Source: Candidatus Aminicenantes bacterium | GTDB taxonomy: Bacteria > Acidobacteriota > Aminicenantia > Aminicenantales > Saccharicenantaceae | Assembly: GCA_034679465.1 (NCBI GenBank) | Contig: JAXDAV010000074.1 | Coordinates: 19,949-83,948, forward strand | Direction: 5' to 3' | DNA: 64,000 nucleotides | Shown here: one piece after another, positions 8,736 through 18,445 of the stretch | Numbering within the stretch: the first letter of the stretch is position 1 | Layout of the letters: each line of letters starts with the position of its first letter | Made by a program: the position numbers and the translations under genes | Notes under the pieces: generated by a model | The model's database searches: none | Seen by the model: only the letters and a program-made list of their open reading frames with translations | Told to the model about the DNA's origin: nothing

Positions 8736-9061
8736 CCGAACGTATCCTCGAGATCGAGATCTTCGGACAGCGGTACAAGATCCGCGTCAAAGGAGAGGAG
8801 GATGAGAAATATATCGGCCACTTGACCTCGCTCGTTGACCAGAAGATGCACGAAGTGGCTGTGAAATCGAAGTCCGCGGACTCGACCAAGATCGCCGTTC
8901 TGGCGGCCTTGAACATCGCGGACGAGCTGTTTCTGAGCCAGAAGAAGCTGGATCAGCTGAACGAGGCCTTGGGCCATATGGAGACGGAGATCGAAAGTTT
9001 GGAGGTTCATCTCTTCGCAGATGAGAATACATACACGGACGCCGATAAATCCCCGCTGTGA
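8732..9061 (+). CDS. zapA: cell division protein ZapA
   Basis: 109 aa. IEIFGQRYKIRVKGEEDEKYIGHL...IAVLAALNIADELF matches the ZapA family pattern. Position downstream of pheST as in Bacillus. Confidence 0.8.
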   Translation: MTERILEIEIFGQRYKIRVKGEEDEKYIGHLTSLVDQKMHEVAVKSKSADSTKIAVLAALNIADELFLSQKKLDQLNEALGHMETEIESLEVHLFADENTYTDADKSPL

Positions 9062-9140
9062 CGGGCCCGCCCCCCGGGGCCGGCTCGCCGGCCGGGCCGC
9101 TCCCGGCGCGGGCATCTGACGCCTCCGCGCTTTCCTTCAC

Positions 9141-9168
9141 GTCTCCTCATTTGAATAGATGAGGAGGT
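9141..9168 (+). promoter_or_regulatory. hairpin sequestering the rny Shine-Dalgarno sequence
   Basis: CTCCTCAT (9143-9150) pairs perfectly with ATGAGGAG (9159-9166), plus two flanking G:U pairs, with an 8 nt loop. The 3' arm is the GAGGAGG SD, 8 nt before ATG 9176. Confidence 0.5.
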
Positions 9169-9175
9169 CATCCCA

Positions 9176-10738
9176 ATGAACGCGTTGACGTACGCCGGCA
9201 TCGCCGTGATCGTCATCCTGGCCGCGGCGGTCGCGGTCCTCCTGCTCAAGAGGCAGGCCGGATCCCGGAAGGCCGCCGAGGCCGAAGAGCAGGCCCGGGC
9301 GATCCTCGACCGGGCCCGGGAAGAAGGGGATAAGATCAAGCGGGAGGCGGCCATCGAGGCCCGCGAGAAGGACCTGGCCCGCCTGAACGAGTTCGAAGCC
9401 ATCAACCGGGAGAAACAGCGCAAGATCAACGAGACCGAGCGCCGGCTCCTCAGCAAGGAGGAGAACCTGGAGCGGCGGTTCCAGTCGATCGAGCGCAAGG
9501 AGCGCGACTTCGGTCAGAAGGAGCGCAAGCTGACCCAGAAGGAGAAGGACCTCGAGGTCGAGGAGACCCAGATCGCCGAGGCCGTCCGGAAGGGCCTCCA
9601 GGAGCTCGAGAAGATCTCCGGCCTGACCCAGGAAGAGGCCAAGGCCATGCTGATCAAGAAGATCGAGGACGAGGCCCGCCTCGAGGCCATCGCCACCGTC
9701 CGGCGCATCGAGGAGGAGGCCCGCGAGAAGGCCGCCCAGTCGGCCCGCGAGATCATGTCCAACGCCATCCAGCGCTCGGCCGCCGAGCACGTCGTCGAGA
9801 CCACGGTGTCCGTGGTCGACCTGCCGTCGGACGACATGAAGGGGCGCATCATCGGCCGCGAGGGCCGCAATATCCGGGCCCTGGAGATGGCCACGGGCGT
9901 CGACATCATCGTCGACGACACGCCCGAGGCCGTCATCCTGTCGAGCTTCGACCCCATCCGCCGCGAGCTGGCCCGCCTGTCCATCCAGAAGCTGGTCACC
10001 GACGGGCGCATCCACCCGGCCCGCATCGAGGACATCGTCGAGTCGGTCAAGAACGACCTCGAGCAGAAGATCAAGCAGGAAGGCGAGTCGGCCGTCCTGG
10101 AGCTCAAGGTCCGCGACATCCACCCCGAGCTGATCAAGCTCCTGGGCAAGCTCAAGTACCGGACGAGCTACGGGCAGAACGTCCTCCAGCACACCAAGGA
10201 GGTGGCCATGCTCGCGGCCATGATGGCCCGCGAGATCGGCCTCGACACCAACGTGGCCCTGCGGGCCGGCCTGCTCCACGACATCGGCAAGGCCGTCGAC
10301 CGCGACGTCGAGGGCACGCACACCGAGCTCGGCGTCGAGCTGGCCAAAAAGTACGGCGAGTCCGAGAAGGTCGTCCAGGCCATCGCCTCGCATCACCGCG
10401 ACGTCGACTTCCCCTCGATCGAGGCCGTCCTCGTCCAGGCCGCCGACACGCTCTCGGCCGCCCGGCCCGGGGCCCGGCGCGAGCTGCTCGAGACCTACAT
10501 CCAGCGGCTGGAGAAGCTCGAGGAGATCGCCTGCTCGTTCGAGGGCGTGTCCAAGGCCTTCGCCCTGCAGGCCGGCCGCGAGATCCGCATCATCGTCGAG
10601 GCCCTCAAGGTCTCCGACGACAAGGCCTCCCTCCTGGCCAAGGACACCGCGGCCAAGATCAAGGCCGAGCTCGATTACCCCGGCCAGATCAAGGTCACGG
10701 TCATCCGGGAGATGAGGGCGGTCGAATATGCCCGCTGA
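9176..10738 (+). CDS. rny: ribonuclease Y
   Basis: 520 aa with an N-terminal TM helix, a coiled coil, a KH motif [15 protein letters not shown] and an HD motif LLHDIGKA. Confidence 0.95.
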   Translation: MNALTYAGIAVIVILAAAVAVLLLKRQAGSRKAAEAEEQARAILDRAREEGDKIKREAAIEAREKDLARLNEFEAINREKQRKINETERRLLSKEENLERRFQSIERKERDFGQKERKLTQKEKDLEVEETQIAEAVRKGLQELEKISGLTQEEAKAMLIKKIEDEARLEAIATVRRIEEEAREKAAQSAREIMSNAIQRSAAEHVVETTVSVVDLPSDDMKGRIIGREGRNIRALEMATGVDIIVDDTPEAVILSSFDPIRRELARLSIQKLVTDGRIHPARIEDIVESVKNDLEQKIKQEGESAVLELKVRDIHPELIKLLGKLKYRTSYGQNVLQHTKEVAMLAAMMAREIGLDTNVALRAGLLHDIGKAVDRDVEGTHTELGVELAKKYGESEKVVQAIASHHRDVDFPSIEAVLVQAADTLSAARPGARRELLETYIQRLEKLEEIACSFEGVSKAFALQAGREIRIIVEALKVSDDKASLLAKDTAAKIKAELDYPGQIKVTVIREMRAVEYAR

Positions 10739-11531
10739 GCTCGGGGTCCTCTTCCTCGGCGACATCATCGGCCGGCCCGGCCGGCGGGCCCTGGAGAAGT
10801 TCCTGCCGGGGCTCGTCCAGAAGCACCGGCCGTCGCTCATCGTCGCCAACGGCGAGAACGCGGCCGGCGGCAGCGGCATCACCGAGGAGATCGGCAAGGA
10901 CCTGTTCATGCACGTCGACGTCCTGACCTCGGGCAACCACATCTGGGACAAGAAGGACGCCCTGCCCTACCTCGAGCGCGAGCCCCGGCTCCTCCGCCCG
11001 GCCAACTACCCGCCGGTGAACCCCGGCCGCTCGTCGTACGTCTTCCAGGCGGCCGACGGCGCCCGGGCGGCCGTCCTCAGCCTCCAGGGGCGGGTCTTCA
11101 TGGAGCCGATCGACTGCCCGTTCAAGCGGGCCGACGAGGAGGTCGCCGCCCTCCGGGCCGTGACCCCGGTCATCATCGTCGATTTCCACGCCGAGGCGAC
11201 CTCCGAGAAGCAGGCCCTCGGCTGGCACCTCGACGGCCGCGTCTCGGCCGTCATCGGCACGCACACCCACGTCCCGACGTCGGACGAGCGGGTCCTGCCC
11301 CGGGGCACGGCCTACATCACCGACGCCGGCATGGCCGGCGGCCGCAACGCCGTCATCGGCATCGCCCGCGAACAGGCCCTGGCGCGGTTCCTGACCTCGC
11401 GGCCCCAGCGCTTCGAGCCGTCGCGCGACGGCCTGTTCCTGTCCGGCGTCTTCGTCCGGATCGACGCGCAGACGGGGAAGGCCCTGTCGATCACGAGGGA
11501 GGTCTTGGCCGAGGATGGCCGCGAAGATTGA
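10728..11531 (+). CDS. ymdB: YmdB-family metallophosphoesterase (2',3'-cyclic-nucleotide 2'-phosphodiesterase)
   Basis: 267 aa, with [19 protein letters not shown] and GNHIWD motifs, and the conserved rny-ymdB pairing. Confidence 0.85.
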   Translation: MPAELGVLFLGDIIGRPGRRALEKFLPGLVQKHRPSLIVANGENAAGGSGITEEIGKDLFMHVDVLTSGNHIWDKKDALPYLEREPRLLRPANYPPVNPGRSSYVFQAADGARAAVLSLQGRVFMEPIDCPFKRADEEVAALRAVTPVIIVDFHAEATSEKQALGWHLDGRVSAVIGTHTHVPTSDERVLPRGTAYITDAGMAGGRNAVIGIAREQALARFLTSRPQRFEPSRDGLFLSGVFVRIDAQTGKALSITREVLAEDGRED

Positions 11532-12855
11532 CGGTCTCGTCGTCAAAGACCACGTCTACACGGTCTCGCAGGTCACCGAGATCGTCAAGACCGCGCTCGA
11601 GGTGGCCTTTCCCCAGGTCTGGGTCGAGGGCGAGGTCTCGGGACACAAGAAGGCCGCCTCGGGCCACGTCTTCTTCAGCCTCAAGGACGACCGGAGCGTC
11701 ATCAAGGCCGTGATGTGGCAGTCGGCGGCCCGCCGGGTCGCCTTCGATCTCAAGGATGGCCTCAAGGTCGTCTGCCGGGGCAAGGTCAGCGTCTATGAGC
11801 CCCGGGGCGACTATCAGCTCTACGTCGATCTCGTCGAGCCCAAGGGCAAGGGCGCCCTCCAGCTCGCCTTCGAGCAGCTCAAAGAGAAGCTCCGGGCCGA
11901 GGGCCTGTTCGACGACGCGCGCAAGCGCCGGCTGCCGCTCCGCCCGCGCACGATCGGCGTCGTCACCTCGCCGACCGGGGCGGCCATCCGCGACATCCTG
12001 CGCGTCCTCGAGCGCCGCTACGCCCGGCTCCGCGTGGTCATCTATCCCGCCCGGGTCCAGGGCGAGGGCGCCGCGGCCGAGATCGTCGAGGGCCTCGACG
12101 CGCTCGGCGCCTGGCCCGGGATCGAGGTCCTCATCGTCGGCCGCGGCGGAGGCTCGATCGAGGACCTCTGGGCCTTCAACGAGGAGAAGGTGGCCCGGGC
12201 CATCGCCCGATCGCCCGTCCCGGTCATCTCCGCCGTCGGCCACGAGGTCGATTACACCATCGCCGACTTCGTCGCCGACGCCCGGGCCTCGACGCCCTCG
12301 GCGGCCGCGGAGATGGTCATCCAGACGGAGGAGGCCTTCGCCGAGAGGATCGACGCGCTGACGCGCCGGCTCGGCGAGACCTTCCGCTTCCGGGTTCAGC
12401 ATCTGCGGAGCGACGTCGACGAGCTCGCCCGCCGCCGCATCTTCCAGAACTTCGAGGTCCGGCTGGCCAACCTCGGGCGGCGCGTCGACGACCTCGAGAC
12501 GCGGGGCCGGAACGTCCTGCGGGCCGAGCGCCAGGCGCTGGCCGAGCGCAAGGGCGCCGCCGTCCTCGCGGCCGAGCGGCTGGCCCACATCCTGCGCCGG
12601 ACGGTCGGCGAGCACAAGGCGGCCTGGGAACGGCTGTCGGCCGGCCTCAACGCCTTGAGCCCCCTGGCCGTCCTCAAGAAGGGCTACACCATCGTCTGGA
12701 AGGACGGAGGCCTGCGGCCGGCCCGCCGGATCGAGGACGTCGTCCCGGGCGAGACGGTCGAGGTTTCCTTCTACAAGGGCGAGTTCAGCGCCCGGGTGGA
12801 GTCCGTCGACCGCCGCAAGCTCCTGGAATCCCGGTTCCTCAAGGAGGGAACATGA
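11515..12855 (+). CDS. xseA: exodeoxyribonuclease VII large subunit
   Basis: 446 aa with an N-terminal OB fold (VWVEGEVSGHKKAASGHVFFSLKD), followed by xseB with a 4 nt overlap. Confidence 0.9.
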   Translation: MAAKIDGLVVKDHVYTVSQVTEIVKTALEVAFPQVWVEGEVSGHKKAASGHVFFSLKDDRSVIKAVMWQSAARRVAFDLKDGLKVVCRGKVSVYEPRGDYQLYVDLVEPKGKGALQLAFEQLKEKLRAEGLFDDARKRRLPLRPRTIGVVTSPTGAAIRDILRVLERRYARLRVVIYPARVQGEGAAAEIVEGLDALGAWPGIEVLIVGRGGGSIEDLWAFNEEKVARAIARSPVPVISAVGHEVDYTIADFVADARASTPSAAAEMVIQTEEAFAERIDALTRRLGETFRFRVQHLRSDVDELARRRIFQNFEVRLANLGRRVDDLETRGRNVLRAERQALAERKGAAVLAAERLAHILRRTVGEHKAAWERLSAGLNALSPLAVLKKGYTIVWKDGGLRPARRIEDVVPGETVEVSFYKGEFSARVESVDRRKLLESRFLKEGT

Positions 12856-13121
12856 GCACGACCCTGACGTTCGAAAAGGCCCTGGCCGAGCTCGAGCAGA
12901 TCGTGGCCAAGCTCGAGAAGGGCGGCATCTCCCTCAACGAATCGCTGGCGCTGTTCGAGAAGGGGGTCAAGATGTCCCGGTTCCTCCGCGGCGAGCTCGA
13001 CAAGGCCGAGCGCAAGGTCGAGATCCTGCTCAAGGACGAGAAGGGGAGCCTCAGGCCGGAGGATTTCGAGGCCGGGACCTGCGACGAAGACGAGGCGGGG
13101 GACGAGGGCGGGGACGCCTGA
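12852..13121 (+). CDS. xseB: exodeoxyribonuclease VII small subunit
   Basis: 89 aa. FEKALAELEQIVAKLEKGGISLNESLALFEKG is typical of XseB. Confidence 0.9.
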   Translation: MSTTLTFEKALAELEQIVAKLEKGGISLNESLALFEKGVKMSRFLRGELDKAERKVEILLKDEKGSLRPEDFEAGTCDEDEAGDEGGDA

Positions 13122-13137
13122 CCCGGACCGGGACGCC

Positions 13138-15018
13138 ATGGCCAAGCTCCTCGACGCCATCCGCGAGCCGGCGGACATCCGGACGCTCACGCCGGACGAG
13201 CTCTCGACCCTGGCCCTGGAGATCCGCGCCCTCATCCTGGAGACCGTCGCCCGGAACGGCGGCCACCTGGCCTCGAACCTCGGCGTCGTCGAGCTGACGC
13301 TGGCTCTGCACCTGGCCTTCGATTCGCCCCGGGACAAGATCGTCTGGGACGTCGGGCACCAGTGCTACACCCACAAGATCCTGACCGGCCGGAAGGACGG
13401 CTTCAGCGGCCTGCGCCGCTGCGGCGGCATCCTGGGCTTTCCCTGCCGCGACGAGAGCGAGCACGATATCTTCAACACCGGACACGCCTCGACGGCCCTC
13501 TCCGCCGCGCTCGGAATGGCCGTGGCCCGGGACCGGGCGGGCGGGTCCCATCACGTCATCGCGGTCGTCGGCGACGGCAGCCTGACCGGGGGCGTCGCCC
13601 TCGAGGCCCTCAACCAGATCGGCCACCTCCGCGAGCGGCTGATCATCGTCCTTAACTTCAACGAGATGTCCATCTCGATCAACGTCGGGGCCTGGTCGAA
13701 ATATTTCTCTTATCTCGTTTCGGGTCAACGCTATATCCGCATGAAGGACCAGGCCAAGTCGCTCCTCAAGAGGGTCCCCCAGCTCGGCCGGCCGGTGATC
13801 AAGGCCGGTCGCGCCCTCGAGGAGCTGGCCAAGAAGATCCTCTTCCCGGGGCTCGTCTTCAAGGAGCTCGGGATCCGCTACATCGGCCCGGTCCACGGCC
13901 ACAACATCGAGTCGCTGGTCGAGGCGTTCGAGACGGCCAAGACCTTCGACGGCCCGGTCCTCATCCAGTGCGTGACCCAGAAGGGCAAGGGCTACCAGCC
14001 CGCGCGGGCCCACCCGGAGAAGTTCCACGGGCTCGGGCCCTTCCAGGTCGCGACGGGCGAGCCGCTGCAGCGCGAGTGGGGCCCCTCGTTCTCGGCCGCC
14101 TTCGGCGAAGCGATGATCAAGGTCGCGAAGAAGGACGAGAAGGTCCTGGCCATCACGGCGGCCATGGGCGAGGGCACCGGGCTCAGGGAGTTCTCCGAGA
14201 GGCTCCCCGACCGCTTCTTCGACGTCGGCATCGCCGAACAGCACGCGGTGACCTTCGCGTCGGGGCTGGCCATCTCGGGCCTCAGGCCCGTCGTGGCCAT
14301 CTACTCGACGTTCCTCCAGCGGGCCTACGACCAGGTCTACCACGACGTCTGCCTGATGGACATCCCCGTCGTCTTCGTCCTCGACCGGGCCGGCATCGTC
14401 CCCGACGACGGGCCGACCCACCAGGGCGTCAACGACATCGCCTTCATGCGGCACATGCCCCACATGATCGTCATGGCCCCCCGGGACGAGAACGAGCTCC
14501 AGCACATGCTCTGGTCGGCCCTCGCCTACGGCCATCCGGCTTCGGTGCGCTTCCCCAAGGCCAAGGGCCTGGGCGTCGCCATGGACGACGAGCTCGAGGT
14601 CCTGCCGCTGGGGCGGAGCGAGCTCGTCAAGGACGGCCGCGACCTCCTCTTCGCCGTCGGCCCCATGGTCGCCCCGGCGCTCGAAGCGGCCCGCGAGCTC
14701 GAGACCGCGGGGAAGTCGTTCGCGGTCGTCAACGCCCGCTTCATCAAGCCGCTCGACCGGGACATGATCCTGCGCTTCGCCGGGCCGGGGCGGACGGTCG
14801 TCACGGTCGAGGAGGGCATCGTCGAGGGCGGCGCCGGGAGCGCCGTGCGCGAGCTCCTGGACCGGGAAGGCCGGTTCGACATCCGCTTCCTGGCCCTGGG
14901 CGTGCCCATCGGGGCCCATCCCGTGGGCAAGTCCGACGAGATCCGGGCCAAGATCGGCCTCGACGTCCCCAGCATCGTCCGGAGGATCCGGGAGCTCGAT
15001 GAAAGAACGCGCGGATAA
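13138..15018 (+). CDS. dxs: 1-deoxy-D-xylulose-5-phosphate synthase
   Basis: 626 aa, with GGHLASNLGVVELTLALH and the TPP motif VVGDGSLTGGVALEALN. Confidence 0.95.
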   Translation: MAKLLDAIREPADIRTLTPDELSTLALEIRALILETVARNGGHLASNLGVVELTLALHLAFDSPRDKIVWDVGHQCYTHKILTGRKDGFSGLRRCGGILGFPCRDESEHDIFNTGHASTALSAALGMAVARDRAGGSHHVIAVVGDGSLTGGVALEALNQIGHLRERLIIVLNFNEMSISINVGAWSKYFSYLVSGQRYIRMKDQAKSLLKRVPQLGRPVIKAGRALEELAKKILFPGLVFKELGIRYIGPVHGHNIESLVEAFETAKTFDGPVLIQCVTQKGKGYQPARAHPEKFHGLGPFQVATGEPLQREWGPSFSAAFGEAMIKVAKKDEKVLAITAAMGEGTGLREFSERLPDRFFDVGIAEQHAVTFASGLAISGLRPVVAIYSTFLQRAYDQVYHDVCLMDIPVVFVLDRAGIVPDDGPTHQGVNDIAFMRHMPHMIVMAPRDENELQHMLWSALAYGHPASVRFPKAKGLGVAMDDELEVLPLGRSELVKDGRDLLFAVGPMVAPALEAARELETAGKSFAVVNARFIKPLDRDMILRFAGPGRTVVTVEEGIVEGGAGSAVRELLDREGRFDIRFLALGVPIGAHPVGKSDEIRAKIGLDVPSIVRRIRELDERTRG

Positions 15019-15781
15019 GCTCCTCGCGGGCCGGGGCCTCGCGCCGAGCCGCGAGAAGGCCCAGGCCCTGATCATGGCCGGCCTGGTCACGAGCGGAGGC
15101 CGGCGGATCGGCAAGGCCGGCGAGCTCGTGGACGCCGAAGCGCCGCTCGAGGTGGCGCGTCCTCTTCCCTTCGTCGGACGCGGCGGGCTCAAGCTCGAGG
15201 AGGCCCTCGAGCGCTTCGGCATCGACGTCCGCGGCCTCGTCGGGCTCGACATCGGCGCGTCGACGGGGGGCTTCGTCGATTGCCTGCTCAAGCGAGGCGC
15301 CGCCCGGGTTTACGCCGTCGACGTGGACACGAAACAGCTCGATTGGGGGCTCGTCCGGGACCCCCGGGTCGGGGCCATCGAGAAGAACGCCCGGGCGCTT
15401 TCCGCCGCCGACGTCCCGGAGCCGCCCGGCCTCGTCACCATGGACGTTTCGTTCATCTCGGTCCTCAAGATCCTGCCGGCCCTCCGCGCCGTCCCCGGCG
15501 ACTGGACTCTCGTGTCGCTCATCAAGCCCCAGTTCGAGGCCGGCCCCGGGGACGTCGGCAAGAAGGGCGTCGTCAGGGACCCGGCGGTCCACGCCGAAGT
15601 CCTGGCCCGCGTCGTCGCTGGGGCCCGGGAGGCCGGCTTCGGCCCCAAGGGGATCATCCGTTGCTCGACGCACGGCCAGAAAGGCAACGTCGAATTCTTC
15701 GTCTGGTGGGACAAGAAGGCCGCGGACCTCAACGCGGACCTCGTCCCGGCCTGGATCAAGGAGGCGGTCAGCCATGATTAA
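14999..15781 (+). CDS. tlyA: TlyA-family rRNA 2'-O-methyltransferase (hemolysin A-like)
   Basis: 260 aa with an N-terminal S4 domain and the FtsJ-like SAM motif LDIGASTGGFVDCLL. Confidence 0.85.
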   Translation: MKERADKLLAGRGLAPSREKAQALIMAGLVTSGGRRIGKAGELVDAEAPLEVARPLPFVGRGGLKLEEALERFGIDVRGLVGLDIGASTGGFVDCLLKRGAARVYAVDVDTKQLDWGLVRDPRVGAIEKNARALSAADVPEPPGLVTMDVSFISVLKILPALRAVPGDWTLVSLIKPQFEAGPGDVGKKGVVRDPAVHAEVLARVVAGAREAGFGPKGIIRCSTHGQKGNVEFFVWWDKKAADLNADLVPAWIKEAVSHD

Positions 15782-16622
15782 CGTGAAGAGAGCTGGCCTC
15801 GTCATCAAGCCCCACGCGCCCTCGGTCGAGGGCATCCTGAAGACGCTGGTCGACCATCTCGAGGGCCGCGGCATCGCCTGCGTCCTCGAGGACGTCGCCG
15901 CCCGGAAGCTCGGCCGGCCGGACGGCCTGGAGCGCGCGGCGATCGCCGAGGCCTCGGACCTCGTCGTCGTCCTCGGCGGCGACGGCACTCTCCTCAGCAT
16001 CGCCCATCACGCGGCCCAGGCGGGCGTGCCGGTCATGGGCGTCAACCTGGGCCGGCTGGGCTTCCTGACCGAGATCCCCGTCAGCGAGGCCGTCCAGACC
16101 CTCGACAGGTTCCTGGCGGGGGACACGACCCTCGTCAGCCCGCGCTGGCTTCTCGAAGCCCGGACGGCGAACGCCGCGTCCTATTGCCTGAATGACGCCG
16201 TCATCACCAAGGGGGCCGTGGCCCGGATGATCGAACTGGCCATCTCGGTCGACGGCAGGGACGTGGCCACCCTCAAGGCCGACGGCCTCATCGTTTCGAC
16301 GCCGACCGGCTCGACCGCCTATTCGCTCTCGGCCGGCGGGCCCATTCTCCATCCGCGGGTCCCGGCCATCGTCCTGACCCCGATCTGTCCCCACACGCTG
16401 TCCTTCCGGCCCATGGCCGTTCCGGCCACGTCGACGATCGGCGTCCGGTTGCTGACGGGGGAGGAGGAGGTCTACGTGACCTTCGACGGCCAGCGCGGCG
16501 GCGTCATGGTCCGCAACGACGTCGTCGAGATCCGCAAGGCCCCCTTCGAGCTCCAGCTCGTCACCTCGCCGAAGCGGTCCTACTACGACCTGGTCAAGGA
16601 AAAGCTCGGCTGGGCGGAGTAG
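15774..16622 (+). CDS. nadK: NAD(+) kinase
   Basis: 282 aa, with the VVLGGDGTLLS motif and STPTGSTAYSLSAGGP. Confidence 0.9.
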   Translation: MINVKRAGLVIKPHAPSVEGILKTLVDHLEGRGIACVLEDVAARKLGRPDGLERAAIAEASDLVVVLGGDGTLLSIAHHAAQAGVPVMGVNLGRLGFLTEIPVSEAVQTLDRFLAGDTTLVSPRWLLEARTANAASYCLNDAVITKGAVARMIELAISVDGRDVATLKADGLIVSTPTGSTAYSLSAGGPILHPRVPAIVLTPICPHTLSFRPMAVPATSTIGVRLLTGEEEVYVTFDGQRGGVMVRNDVVEIRKAPFELQLVTSPKRSYYDLVKEKLGWAE

Positions 16623-16624
16623 GT

Positions 16625-16653
16625 TTGACAACGCCGCGGCCGGCCGCTATCAT
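16625..16653 (+). promoter_or_regulatory. sigma70-type promoter of trxA
   Basis: TTGACA (16625-16630), a 17 nt spacer, then TATCAT (16648-16653). Confidence 0.5.
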
Positions 16654-16698
16654 GGCAGGGCCGATTCACTACAAAAACACTCAGAATTGGAGATCCCG

Positions 16699-17025
16699 AT
16701 GTCCGATGCCATTGTCACCGGGGCCGACGCCACGTTCGAGGCCGAAGTCCTCAAGTCCGATATCCCCGTCCTCGTGGATTTCTGGGCCTCCTGGTGCGGC
16801 CCCTGCCTGATGATCGCGCCCGTCATCGACGAGATCGCCGAAGCCAACAAGGGCAAGCTCAAGGTGGTCAAGATGAACGTCGACGAGAACGGCCGGACGC
16901 CCCAGACCTACGGGATCACGGCCATACCGACCCTGATCCTGTTCAAGGGCGGCCAGCCCCAGGAGAAGGTCGTGGGCGTCGAATCGAAGGCCAAGCTCCT
17001 CGAGCGCATCGCCAAGCACGTCTGA
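16699..17025 (+). CDS. trxA: thioredoxin
   Basis: WCGPC active site. I prefer ATG 16699 (MSDAIVTG, 108 aa) over the track TTG 16687, because TTGGAGA then serves as the RBS. Confidence 0.92.
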   Translation: MSDAIVTGADATFEAEVLKSDIPVLVDFWASWCGPCLMIAPVIDEIAEANKGKLKVVKMNVDENGRTPQTYGITAIPTLILFKGGQPQEKVVGVESKAKLLERIAKHV

Positions 17026-17046
17026 ACGAATCGGGGACACGTACCC

Positions 17047-17115
17047 AAAAGAAGGGACCGGGTCTTCGCAAGGCTGAACAGGCTCACTCCTTGCGAAGAC
17101 CCGGTCCCTTCTTTT
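17047..17115. terminator. bidirectional rho-independent terminator with a 27 bp perfect stem
   Basis: Positions 17047-17073 are the exact reverse complement of 17089-17115, with a 15 nt loop, an A-run on the 5' side and a T-run on the 3' side. It lies between convergent trxA and the YihY-like gene. Confidence 0.8.
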
Positions 17116-17138
17116 TCTGCGCCCCTTTTCTGGGCCCG

Positions 17139-18041
17139 CTATGGAGAGGCCTTCGGCGTCCTCGCCGCCTGCGCCGCCGTCCGCGCGTCGTAACGCTCGT
17201 TGAGCAGAGACGCCAGCTCCGCCCCCCAGAGCAGGATGACCATCGACGAGGAGATCCAGAGCAGGAAGAAGAGGACCGAGGTCAGCGTCCCCTGCAGGAT
17301 CTTGCTCAGGACGATGCCCACCGCCGAGAGATGGACGACGTAGAAGGCGAAGGCCCGCTTGAACACCTCGAAGAGCAAAGCGGCGACGGCCGCCGGGACG
17401 AGCGCCGCCCGGGTGTGGACCTTGACCTCCGGGATGAACTTGTACAGGATGAAGAACATCAGGAAGGTCAGGCCATAGGGGATGACGTATTTCAGCAGGA
17501 CGCTGTTGACGGCCGCCACCACCTCGGGGTTGAGGGTGGACCGGACCAGCTCGCTCTCCTGGACCGTCCGGCCGAACGCGGTCCAGACCGCCGTCATGGC
17601 CAGCGAGAAGAACATGAAGATGCCGACGACGGCCATCGTCAGGAACTCGATCAGCCGGTTGTAGAAGAACGACCGGTGGTATCTCGTCCGGAAGATCAGG
17701 TTGAGCGTCGAGATGAGGGACGAGAAGAGGAAGCTGGCCGAAATGAGCGAGCCGATGACGCCGAAGAGGCCGAGCTGGCCGACGGTGCCCGAGAGCTCCC
17801 CGAGGCTCTTGAAGAAGCCGGGGTCGAGACGGGCGAAGAACTCATCGGTGAAGATGTTGAGGCTCCGCAGGGCCAGCTCCGTGTCGCCCATGAAGCGCGC
17901 CGCCGCCGCGAAGAAGAGGGCGATGAGCGGCACGGAGCAGAGCAGGGCGAAGTAGGAGATGACGATGGCCGAGGTCCAACACTTGTCCCCGTTGAACCGC
18001 TTGAAGGACGCGGCGATGAGCGAAAGCGTCGAGCGCGTCAT
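17139..18041 (-). CDS. YihY/BrkB-family integral membrane protein
   Basis: 300 aa, polytopic. The N-terminus FKRFNGDKCWTSAIVISYFALLCSVPL is typical of the YihY family. Confidence 0.7.
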   Translation of the reverse strand: MTRSTLSLIAASFKRFNGDKCWTSAIVISYFALLCSVPLIALFFAAAARFMGDTELALRSLNIFTDEFFARLDPGFFKSLGELSGTVGQLGLFGVIGSLISASFLFSSLISTLNLIFRTRYHRSFFYNRLIEFLTMAVVGIFMFFSLAMTAVWTAFGRTVQESELVRSTLNPEVVAAVNSVLLKYVIPYGLTFLMFFILYKFIPEVKVHTRAALVPAAVAALLFEVFKRAFAFYVVHLSAVGIVLSKILQGTLTSVLFFLLWISSSMVILLWGAELASLLNERYDARTAAQAARTPKASP

Positions 18042-18077
18042 CCGTTCCGGGTCCCGGCCGGGCTTCGGCCCGGAGGC

Positions 18078-18431
18078 CTAGACGTACTTCCCCCACTGGA
18101 CCATCAGGATGATGATGGTGATGAGCAGGGCGTAGATGACCAGCGTCTCGATGAGGACGAGCCCCAGGATGAGCAGGCCGCGGATGGCCGGCGCGCCGGA
18201 CGGGTTGCGGGAGATCCCCTCGCAGGCCGAGCAGATGGCCCGCGACTGGCAGATGGCGCCGGCGATGACCGCCAGGCTGATCACGGCGCCGCCGACGATG
18301 AGCGACAGCTTGAACAGGTCGGCCCGGGGCTTGGCCAGCTCGGCCGGGGACGCGTCCTGGGCCAGCGCGGGCAGGGCCATCAGGGCGATCCCGAAGGCCA
18401 TCAGGCACAGGGCTTTGAGTCTCTTGGACAT
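18078..18431 (-). CDS. atpE: ATP synthase Fo subunit c with an N-terminal signal-peptide-like extension
   Basis: C-terminal hairpin ..ACEGISRNPSGAPAIRGLLILGLVLIETLVIYALL, with the loop RNP and the carboxylate E in helix 2. Start set at ATG 18431 (MSKRLKAL), with AAGGAG 7 nt upstream, rather than the track GTG 18449. Confidence 0.85.
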   Translation of the reverse strand: MSKRLKALCLMAFGIALMALPALAQDASPAELAKPRADLFKLSLIVGGAVISLAVIAGAICQSRAICSACEGISRNPSGAPAIRGLLILGLVLIETLVIYALLITIIILMVQWGKYV

Positions 18432-18445
18432 GGGGGAGCTCCTTT

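Noticed and set aside
9062-9175. Possible 6S RNA (ssrS) downstream of zapA, as in the E. coli zapA-ssrS arrangement.
   Set aside because: The spacer is only 114 nt, too short for a 6S RNA of about 180 nt. It shows no extended central-bubble duplex and is better explained as the zapA 3' end plus the rny leader hairpin.
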